Assembly (NCBI GenBank): GCA_048938105.1
Contig: JBHLMN010000008.1
Span: forward strand, 96,001 to 160,000
Length of the DNA stretch: 64,000 nt
Source: Promethearchaeota archaeon
Lineage (GTDB): Archaea > Asgardarchaeota > Heimdallarchaeia > Hodarchaeales > Hodarchaeaceae
Direction of reading: 5' to 3'
Under the pieces are notes generated by a model that had not been told where the DNA came from, made no database searches, and saw nothing but the letters and a program-made list of their open reading frames with translations. Of this stretch, positions 49,401-56,760 are shown one piece after another. How positions within the stretch are numbered: the stretch's first letter is position 1; every line of letters starts with the position of its first letter. A program made the translations under genes and the position numbers.

Positions 49401-50420
49401 GGTATATCCAGAGCCTGTAGTCTGATCAACATCAATGAGTGCACCAAATGCAGCATCACCTTTACTACTGTTGAAGTCCCCATTCACACCGAAATAAATA
49501 CCTTTCATGGTTGCCTTGGCATAGACTTCTTTTATTTCAGCAAAACCTGCACCTGTAGGAGCAGTGTCGGCGTCCGGATCATCAATGATGAGATCACCTG
49601 GATCCCAGTCAGCAAGATCACCATCAACGACAACAGGTTCACCTAGTGAGTCTAGATCAACTGTCACAAAGGTACTAATGACATCATAATCAGTACTTTC
49701 AGTGGCATAATCATTTGGGGTCACGGAAGCATCATCAGGTGCAATTTCAAATGCAGAGTCACCAGCAATAAAAACAGTAAATGCAATCGTACTCCAGACA
49801 TCGAGTTCAAAATCTGAAAAAGCAGAGAAAGGGATTGCCATTTCCCACGAGGTATTGGTATGGGCAGTTTGAACATATGGATCCCAGTCGTCATGGTTAC
49901 CCCATGCAGAGCCATCCCAACGAGCAAAGCCAAAGTTATCGGTTTGCCAGTCCCAGACATAGAAGTTGTACTCGGCAGCATATAATGGATCACTTATATT
50001 GTGCTTACGACCCCAGGAGTCACCACCTTCAGTATATCCTGAACCTGAAGTTTGATCAACATCGATGAGCATTCCCATTGCAGCATCCCCTCCTGTTGCA
50101 TTGAATATCCCTTCAAATGCAAAGTATATGTGGGTTTGAGATTTCGCTGCATATACTTTTTCAATGTCGGCCCATTTTTCTGCGTCTCCTGTTGGATCTG
50201 AGATCACTAATTCATTTCCTGTATAGTCCCATAAATGCCCGTCAAGATGCTTATTTGGGTTGTTTACTGTCATTTTAGGGGTTCCTAGGGAAGGAACAAC
50301 TCTTAAATTGGCTTTTTCAATGACATTTGACGGTGTAGAATACCCAATAGAGAAGAAAAATATCGTGACAAGCACTAGTGGAGCTATTTTCCTATTAAGA
50401 CATCTCAAAATTTGTTTCAC
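46413..50420 (-). CDS. Large acidic multidomain surface protein (tandem DOMON/glucodextranase-C-like domains, Ig-like stalk, PGF-CTERM)
   Basis: Signal peptide, repeated (V/I)DGD..DW domain starts, Asp/Trp-rich, and T-rich linker plus APGF-TM-RRRRR. Confidence 0.82.
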   Translation of the reverse strand: MKQILRCLNRKIAPLVLVTIFFFSIGYSTPSNVIEKANLRVVPSLGTPKMTVNNPNKHLDGHLWDYTGNELVISDPTGDAEKWADIEKVYAAKSQTHIYFAFEGIFNATGGDAAMGMLIDVDQTSGSGYTEGGDSWGRKHNISDPLYAAEYNFYVWDWQTDNFGFARWDGSAWGNHDDWDPYVQTAHTNTSWEMAIPFSAFSDFELDVWSTIAFTVFIAGDSAFEIAPDDASVTPNDYATESTDYDVISTFVTVDLDSLGEPVVVDGDLADWDPGDLIIDDPDADTAPTGAGFAEIKEVYAKATMKGIYFGVNGDFNSSKGDAAFGALIDVDQTTGSGYTEGGDSWGRKHNISDPMYAADYNFYCWDYQTDNFGFARWDGSAWGNHDDWDPYVQTAHTNTSWEMMIPYSAFEDFKLDVWSKIAVAFFVAGGDSSVDVAPDDPAGVNPNDDAEWTDWDTFGNFAVVDLETTALATALTADGDDSDWPNNYDTLTDANDGANDFADFHNISVTAAADGVGILLKGDIDSGAFDGGWHLGIDVDQFPNSGVNVSWTWVGGLNIGTGVDRHFADFMINMWDLDVTNRKWYAWNATADAYDEYGDLALWDLQKSADEDIIEIVIPFDLMGLDGRYPTQIALYAAAGSGAGKGGYNDTIPVPVHGNLTDPFMDWFEVIIPSVLELRNQYPVINEVTQTPTKDITADDLINVQVNASDADGTIASVKLRYYVQHVNLSIDSSVVDMNLITGTAALGIWNATIGPFEGGDFLGYYIEVIDDRDGVTESDPVIIFILPSGFYVPARTIDGDISDWPGSAPAEGLNWTTAEGVFIYRDWSNDDTGADLDGNTLGDYIYNDSDDKVAGDGSADILELRIFEDQANFYFLVIIDNLTTASRVVLHLSSDISSSTHEWSVGGNELRLPLWTSGNGIAISLAHEDQTFVDKNEVNTLFWAGGGAATTEGIPVKMITDLGWEVAVPKATLLKWGVDFRSFYLMGSAFRCDAPQEFSAHEITKDDVSVGKSYAAEWADPDVYDLLWLDEAGQVAVLDGTTTWMTGSSDDNAVRFMSGSPAWRTINLTAIAGPDIIGPEVFDFDIAPASPDDTDSITVVAIIGDPSGIETAYLEWTIEGATGGSTEMTPIGAGNYEATVGPFAWLDNVTFMVYAKDTLGNTGDYMTASPIIIGSSDITAPIFSLTGPTFSPTAPEVGDNIVVSIEVTDDGVGVEFVTVYYSIDGTTYLPLSMTQGTGAVWSATLPSTEVSSAAGTVYVYFYAEDKVENGRYEGSTTDPYTVVVKAAPETTETTTTSTTTTSSEEPGPAPGFTLIPAVFVLGLTVILVRRRRR
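49190..50070 (-). repeat. Intragenic tandem domain duplication (630-bp period)
   Basis: 49209-49440 is nearly identical to 49839-50070; both encode IDVDQT.GSGYTEGGDSWGRKHNISDP...FGFARWDGSAWGNHDDWDPYVQTAHTNTSWEM. Confidence 0.92.
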
Positions 50421-50688
50421 TCCAAAAATCTTTTAGTTACAGTTTTTTTAGGAAATTTCTAAAAAGTTTCATAATTCAATATTTTTAGAATTATCAAACT
50501 TTTATCTTTTCTTGTCTCTGAATCTCGTTGATTCTTTCATTAACATAATAGAGATTTATTCTCTTGTTAATGTTGTATTTTTTACTTTGATTTTCCCTGA
50601 ATTAAAGAGTATTGACCATTTTGGTTTCACTTTTTTAAATAATTTCTTATTCATTTATCATAATAGATTGTATAATTTTAATATTGAA

Positions 50689-53600
50689 TTATCCTGTTTT
50701 CCTTCGAGGTAGCACTAGATCTGGTTTTAATGCTATTGCAACAGCTAAAACTAAAATTATAGGTGTTAGCCACATTAAACCAAGATCTACAATTGATGAT
50801 CGATAATCGGGTGGGACTGGAGGTATCTTATATTGTACTTCAAGAATAATGGTATCACTGGCCTTAGAATTACCAAATATATCCTCTGCAACAATATTAA
50901 GATGCACCTCGGTTTTTGGGAAAAAGGGTCCGAGTTGAGCACTAGGATCACCTATGCCTGTAGTCCCATAGAACACATGCCCTCTCCGGTCAAATTCTAG
51001 ATCTCTTAGGACAAATGATTGACCCCCATTCAAACTGAGATTAAGTTTCATTGAACTAATAAAAGCAGAGGTAAAACCATAAGCACGCCTCACATCTGCA
51101 AAAGTTTCTTGTCTACTAAGATCTAGAGTCCCATTCTCATCTAAGAGACTCCAAACATCAGTCCAATAGTAATCCGTTGCACTAGCGTTAATTCTAATGA
51201 AATCATCGTCTGTGATCGTGTAATTAGTCGTAAATGGTGCCTTCAGAGAATTGTTAAGCTTATTATTTACCCACAATTCCACCCAGAATTGGCCAATCTC
51301 TGGAGGTTTTGTGTCTGAGGGTTGAATTTCAACAGACATTAATGATACTGTCCCCCCCTTATGATTAAATACATCATAAGCAGTGATTTTAAAGAACAGG
51401 GTAGCTCCTGTCCAACCACTAGTCAACCAAGTTGAATTATATGCTTGAAGCCATGCAGGGAAGTGAGCCTGGTAAGTTTCATTAGTACCTGCTGTTTTCG
51501 TCATTTTTAATGTTCCTTTCTCCCCATGCGTGGTATAAAATGAAAGTGTAGGTTTAGTCAATCCTCCAGTAGAGATTCCATCAGGATCAGTAATATTTGC
51601 TCTTATTGTGAAAGTTTGGTTATCAAGTACAGTTAGGTTCATTGGTACTGAATCGTATGAAATAACGAAAATATCTGTTTTAAAAATGACTGGACCTGGG
51701 ACTGATAAATCCACCGTTAATCCTTCTGTTATCCTATTGTCAGTAATATTCCCTATTAAATCAAAATATACTGGTGGGGGTAATAAAGAGAGATTATACG
51801 AAGTTGGATTAGGGTAAGTTAATACAACCATCTCACCCTTAATACTCCTATCTGGTTTAATACTATGGATAAAAAGGCTATTTTCAATTTCGAAGTATGC
51901 TACTGACCCAGCAATATTTACATTCCCAATGATTGACTCACCAAGAACAGTCATCTCATCGATGGCAGTAAAGACTCTACTTCCATCCCAATTGGTAATT
52001 ATCTGGGTTTCTTTTGGATTAAACAGATTTGTTGAGAAGAATGCATAGTCCCAGTTAAATGTAGACATATCCAAACTCAAATCCATGTCAGAATGCACAA
52101 AAACATCAGAGTCTCCCCCATCTTCCAGATCAAATAAAATAGCGATACTTGTGCTTGTTTCGTTAATATAGTGATCCATCTGTATAGCAATTATAACAGC
52201 ACTAAACTCTCTTTCCAAACTTGGATCTTCAACACCCCAAGCTACATCATGACGATCAAACCTATATCCAATAGAAATTCCACTAATATCAACTGAAGCT
52301 GGATCATCTGGAAGACCATTTAATGATCGAACTGTACCAATGTCAAATGAGTTAGAAGAGATGAGATTTGAAATAGGGGCGATTCCCATCTCCATATGAT
52401 TTGTTGTAAAATCATATTCCAAGAAAGAATGGAGCATTCGGGTATTTTTTGAAAAGTTAAGGGCTCCTGCTGGGATAATTTCATCATAACCTGGATCTGC
52501 ACCAGTCTCTTGGATTTTTGGTTCACTAGCTTTCCATGCCCAGGCGCCTGATGAAACATCAACGACATCAGGAAGATCAAACGGTTCTCCTTCTATTGTA
52601 CTTGTGATATTTTCTTTTGTAATTGTAAAAATGCCAAATCGTACAAGCTTTCCCTCGGGAGGTCGGATAATCTCCGTGGGGAGTGTAATATTCAAATATT
52701 TAGCAACTGTCAAAGGCCTACCAAAGATATCATAATCAAATTTGTCTTGATTTGAATAAATTTCAGCTTCATCAAATGTTTTATTAGAAATTACTTCTGT
52801 TGTATCGTTGTAAATCCAATAATAATTATCATTATCGTTAGCAGATCTAATCTCTAAAGTTCTATCCCAAGCTCCTATTGGGTTGACCGCTGCATCATTA
52901 CGAGTAGGTAAAAGGACTTTTCCACCAGGATAAAGGTCAATAGTAATAAAAATACTTACTTTTGACCAATCAATTGTCTCACGAGCTCTTTTATATGGAT
53001 TTGTGGCATAATCTATAGTTCCAGATCCTTTTCTTACATACTGTTCGATTGTATCATTAACCACAAAAATCCGGAAGGTTGTTTTGTTACTTGCATGATG
53101 TTGAATGGAAAAGAGTTTAAGGTTCGTTGAATAATTATTTGCAGCCCACGCTAGATTATAATCATCCCAAGGATCATTCGGCCCTTTTGGGATGTCCCAT
53201 GGAATATCCAGATAGATTTTCTCCCCTGTAGGGGTAAAGATTTTTAGTTCTCCTGTTAAAGGATTTTTATAGTCGTAATTGATGATCTCAGTAATCTTTT
53301 CGTTACCAAAGTCGACTTCTAACCAGCTATGAATCATAGATGTATTTCCAGCAAGTTCGACAGTATTATCATCACCAATAACATCAAAAATACCGCTGGA
53401 AACATCATCAGCCTCTCCACCAAGATCCGCGGTCATAAAATCGAAACAAGTAAATGCAGTAAAATTAAATTTATACGTGGAGACATCTTGCCCTGGTTTT
53501 AATCCTAAAAAGTGCCACGGTAAAGCCGTATAAACCGTCCTTGTTGTTGGACTATAATATGTTATGGTTGTTGTGTTTTTCCCTACTCGAGGATCATAAC

Positions 53601-54288
53601 GAGAAGCATCAGTACCAAATAGTGGAAGAATAGTATCTGGTAGGTCATCGTCAGCTCCGTTGATTAATCCTGTTTCATTAAGATACATGAACTCGTTATC
53701 CCAGGTATAACCTTTTTCATAGCCTATTGGATCATAAAGTCCCCAAGAATAGTTCCAAGTAAATTCTGGGTCCATATGGACTCTTGCTGCACTAAATCTC
53801 TGGCGGGAGAATATATCAAAAGTATCATTTGGATATCGGTCGTTTTCATCACCAGTATCATAGACAAAGTGGAGATCGACACCACCTAAGTCAGAATGGT
53901 AGCCCTTTGACCAGAAATCACCAGGATCACCACGAAGAGTCACATTTATGAAAAGATGTGTGTCATTCTTCCCAAATTCAAAGTACTGGAAATCAAAGTC
54001 AGCATCTTCAGGTTGAGCTCTCCCTAAAATTGTAATGAGATCATGGGAAGGATCATCGTAACTCAAAACTGAACCTTCTGGGTTAAATTCGAATGGTAAG
54101 TCCGAATCTTCAGTCGTGGATAATACTGGTGAGTCACTTCTAGATTTAATGGTATTAATATAATTATTTGTCGATTTACTGATAAAAAAACCCGATTTGG
54201 CAAAGAGAGAAGATTTAAAGGACAGAGTTATCGTAAATACAAGTATGGTCAAAATCAATGTAAATTTAAATCTATTTCCAGATCTCAT
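50689..54288 (-). CDS. Large secreted, C-terminally anchored surface protein of unknown function
   Basis: Signal peptide, DOMON-like starts (YDDPSHD..DFDF..F.F.KNDTHLFINV), internal repeat MIHSWLEVDF/MLHSFLEYDF, and a C-terminal TM with basic tail. Confidence 0.75.
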   Translation of the reverse strand: MRSGNRFKFTLILTILVFTITLSFKSSLFAKSGFFISKSTNNYINTIKSRSDSPVLSTTEDSDLPFEFNPEGSVLSYDDPSHDLITILGRAQPEDADFDFQYFEFGKNDTHLFINVTLRGDPGDFWSKGYHSDLGGVDLHFVYDTGDENDRYPNDTFDIFSRQRFSAARVHMDPEFTWNYSWGLYDPIGYEKGYTWDNEFMYLNETGLINGADDDLPDTILPLFGTDASRYDPRVGKNTTTITYYSPTTRTVYTALPWHFLGLKPGQDVSTYKFNFTAFTCFDFMTADLGGEADDVSSGIFDVIGDDNTVELAGNTSMIHSWLEVDFGNEKITEIINYDYKNPLTGELKIFTPTGEKIYLDIPWDIPKGPNDPWDDYNLAWAANNYSTNLKLFSIQHHASNKTTFRIFVVNDTIEQYVRKGSGTIDYATNPYKRARETIDWSKVSIFITIDLYPGGKVLLPTRNDAAVNPIGAWDRTLEIRSANDNDNYYWIYNDTTEVISNKTFDEAEIYSNQDKFDYDIFGRPLTVAKYLNITLPTEIIRPPEGKLVRFGIFTITKENITSTIEGEPFDLPDVVDVSSGAWAWKASEPKIQETGADPGYDEIIPAGALNFSKNTRMLHSFLEYDFTTNHMEMGIAPISNLISSNSFDIGTVRSLNGLPDDPASVDISGISIGYRFDRHDVAWGVEDPSLEREFSAVIIAIQMDHYINETSTSIAILFDLEDGGDSDVFVHSDMDLSLDMSTFNWDYAFFSTNLFNPKETQIITNWDGSRVFTAIDEMTVLGESIIGNVNIAGSVAYFEIENSLFIHSIKPDRSIKGEMVVLTYPNPTSYNLSLLPPPVYFDLIGNITDNRITEGLTVDLSVPGPVIFKTDIFVISYDSVPMNLTVLDNQTFTIRANITDPDGISTGGLTKPTLSFYTTHGEKGTLKMTKTAGTNETYQAHFPAWLQAYNSTWLTSGWTGATLFFKITAYDVFNHKGGTVSLMSVEIQPSDTKPPEIGQFWVELWVNNKLNNSLKAPFTTNYTITDDDFIRINASATDYYWTDVWSLLDENGTLDLSRQETFADVRRAYGFTSAFISSMKLNLSLNGGQSFVLRDLEFDRRGHVFYGTTGIGDPSAQLGPFFPKTEVHLNIVAEDIFGNSKASDTIILEVQYKIPPVPPDYRSSIVDLGLMWLTPIILVLAVAIALKPDLVLPRRKTG

Positions 54289-54294
54289 TTTCCT

Positions 54295-55809
54295 CTAGCC
54301 TCCTTTTCTTTTACTCCATACTTCGATAAGTACACGAGCGATCGCAAGAATGACGGGGATACCTAGGAGGACAATTAATGCTCCAGTTTCGCTACCTACA
54401 GCTGGATATCCTCCACCATATACTAAAGGATAGGCAACTTCCAGGAGAATACTTGCTGAACTTGACAGTGTTACTAGTTCTCCATTTGAATCCGTTACAT
54501 TTAGAGTACCAGTTTCGTTTAAAGTTGTGTATCGAAAGCCAAAAGTAATGTAATAACTACCCTCTGTGCCTGGTGCTTGTAACTTAAGAGAATAACTTCG
54601 ACTTTCAAAGACTTCAAACTCGTCGTCGAGGACATAGAAAGTTTCGTTCTCAGTTTGCGACAGATCTTCATTCACAGGACCAGGAACGAGAGACCCACTT
54701 ATGATTTTAAATTCCGAGGGAATATTATAGGACATAAAAACATCCCACGCCTCTTTACCAGAATTAATTACAGTAACAGATAGAATGAAAGATGAGTTTG
54801 GATTGATTTCATCTATTGAAAGCTGTGATTGAACTCCAAAGGTTGTGGGGGGTATTGGTAATGGAAATTCCACTTCAAGCCACGCTGGGGATGTACTCGG
54901 GAAGTGAACACATTTTCTATCACCTCCAGGTGCCCATTCCGATAGAGCACTGATTTGGTCTTCTTTTGTATTATAACCAATCATATCATAAATGTCAGGA
55001 TCTTCCCAAGCTGTGACACGAGTCTTTTCACTCTCATCAATGACATCAGCTTCATTCACTTCATGAGCCCCAAATTCAATAGGAGCATCAATTCGATACG
55101 CCATTGCTAGAAAATACAGCGTTACCCCTGAATTAATTGCCCCTTCCTCTAATCCGATCCATCCTTCTAAATCACTGAGGATAAGTGATACTTCAAATGC
55201 GTTGAAATTGGTATTTGCTGCAACTTGGATCATATCAGGGTCATTGGTATCTGCAGCTAATTCATAATAAACTGTATTCTCCTCTCGCGTTGTTAAAGAA
55301 CCATAAGGATCAGCTATAGTTATTCCTACGCCTATTTTTGTTTTTTCATAGGACCATATTGGTATTCTTCCCTCATTTCCTCCTGTAGTCCACGTAAACT
55401 TATCTGGTTCTTTTGCTGGATCATAATCAGGTAAATCTGAAAGGATATGTACAACTACTTTTGTTGGATCAGCAATCTTACGCATTTGAATTAATAGATA
55501 CATTTTGGTAATATCTGTTGTTACTCGAAATTCAAGGATATCAGCACACCCGTCAGGAATGCCTTCTGGATATATTAATGGCCCATAACCGACATCATCG
55601 CCAGTGAAGTCAGTATAGATGAATTGACCTGCAATACTATCACTACTACCTGGGTCTGGTCCTTCACCAAGCCAATCTGAAGGATTTCCATCAACAGTTA
55701 TAGTTAAAGCATTAGTTGGTTGTGGAAGAATAAAAAGATCTTTAAATAATATTAAAACTAAGAATAGTACTAGTATTTTACAAGAAACAACACATTTTCC
55801 ATTTTTCAT
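54295..55809 (-). CDS. Secreted glucodextranase-C/DOMON-like protein with an Ig-like domain and C-terminal TM
   Basis: TVDGNPSDW..YTDFTGDDVGYGPLIYP..ADILEFRV; paralogous to an internal domain of 46413..50420; ATG at 55809. Confidence 0.78.
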   Translation of the reverse strand: MKNGKCVVSCKILVLFLVLILFKDLFILPQPTNALTITVDGNPSDWLGEGPDPGSSDSIAGQFIYTDFTGDDVGYGPLIYPEGIPDGCADILEFRVTTDITKMYLLIQMRKIADPTKVVVHILSDLPDYDPAKEPDKFTWTTGGNEGRIPIWSYEKTKIGVGITIADPYGSLTTREENTVYYELAADTNDPDMIQVAANTNFNAFEVSLILSDLEGWIGLEEGAINSGVTLYFLAMAYRIDAPIEFGAHEVNEADVIDESEKTRVTAWEDPDIYDMIGYNTKEDQISALSEWAPGGDRKCVHFPSTSPAWLEVEFPLPIPPTTFGVQSQLSIDEINPNSSFILSVTVINSGKEAWDVFMSYNIPSEFKIISGSLVPGPVNEDLSQTENETFYVLDDEFEVFESRSYSLKLQAPGTEGSYYITFGFRYTTLNETGTLNVTDSNGELVTLSSSASILLEVAYPLVYGGGYPAVGSETGALIVLLGIPVILAIARVLIEVWSKRKGG

Positions 55810-56027
55810 AATTAATTCTTCCAAAAGAAACCATTATCATGAGATGGAATGATCTTAGTATTTTTTTGAAGATTACGATGCCTCTTAATATTTTTTTTTG
55901 CCAACCTTTGAACTCATCTGATATAATTTTTCTTTAGAAAATCAAATTAGGGATGATATACTTAACGAAATTCTCAATAGAAAAATTAAAAGTTTAGTTC
56001 TATCAAGTAATTTTGAGGATTGGTTTC

Positions 56028-56258
56028 ATGAGTGGATCGACAAACAAAACTTCTTCCGAAGTTCCTCCCCATAGGCACTGCTATCAATGTGGTAAGGTTA
56101 TTTCTTTATCGAATGATTATTGTTCTCCAGAATGTGAAATAAAAGATCAAGAACGAATTAAGGATGTTGAATCAATAAAATTCAGTATGAGAATAATGGT
56201 CTTACTTGTAGCGGCTGCACTTGTTATAAATTTAATATTACCGTTGTTACTTCCTTGA
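56028..56258 (+). CDS. DUF2116-like Zn-ribbon membrane protein
   Basis: PPHRHC..CGK.I.....YCSPEC followed by a C-terminal TM; ATG at 56028. Confidence 0.78.
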   Translation: MSGSTNKTSSEVPPHRHCYQCGKVISLSNDYCSPECEIKDQERIKDVESIKFSMRIMVLLVAAALVINLILPLLLP

Positions 56259-56274
56259 ATGAGGGTCATCATCA

Positions 56275-56736
56275 TTGGTTAAAAAGAAAAAAAAGGAATC
56301 GGCCATTAATGTTACCCCACAAGATTTATTGAAAATAGTTCCAATTAAAAATCCCTTAGTGGAGGTTAAAAAGTATGACAGCGGGGAAATAGCACTCTTT
56401 CTAAAACCTGTGGAAACTAAACGTCGTGGTTTTGTCTCTAAACTCTTCCCTATGCCTAAAGGTAGAAGAATAGTATTAGATGAAATGGGAACCCATTTCT
56501 GGAATTGTTGTAATAGTAAGAACAGAGTTAAAGATATAATTAAGGTGTTTCAAGAAAGTTATAAAATGAATGAGCTCGAAGCAAGAATTTCAATTTCATT
56601 GTTTTTAGAAAACTTGACAAAAAGACGCCTCGTTGGTTTTATCTTACCTCATTCTTTACGGAAAAAATATGAGAAACAAGATAAACAATTTCTCCAATTG
56701 ATTGTTTCTGATTTGCCAGAAAGTGCTCGAAAATGA
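56275..56736 (+). CDS. Stand-alone PqqD-family (RRE-like winged helix) protein
   Basis: LDEMGTHFW..C....VKDII..F...Y.....EA..SI..FL..L..RRLV PqqD signature. Confidence 0.8.
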   Translation: MVKKKKKESAINVTPQDLLKIVPIKNPLVEVKKYDSGEIALFLKPVETKRRGFVSKLFPMPKGRRIVLDEMGTHFWNCCNSKNRVKDIIKVFQESYKMNELEARISISLFLENLTKRRLVGFILPHSLRKKYEKQDKQFLQLIVSDLPESARK

Positions 56737-56760
56737 GAATTTACTGTAGGAGTATCTAAA

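Noticed and set aside
49190-50070. Near-identical repeat pair as a DGR template/variable repeat
   Set aside because: Both copies are in-frame coding, the differences are mostly synonymous and not adenine-specific, and no reverse transcriptase is present.
56028-56736. PQQ or RiPP biosynthetic cluster
   Set aside because: No pqqB/C/E, radical SAM, cyclase or precursor peptide is seen in the window.
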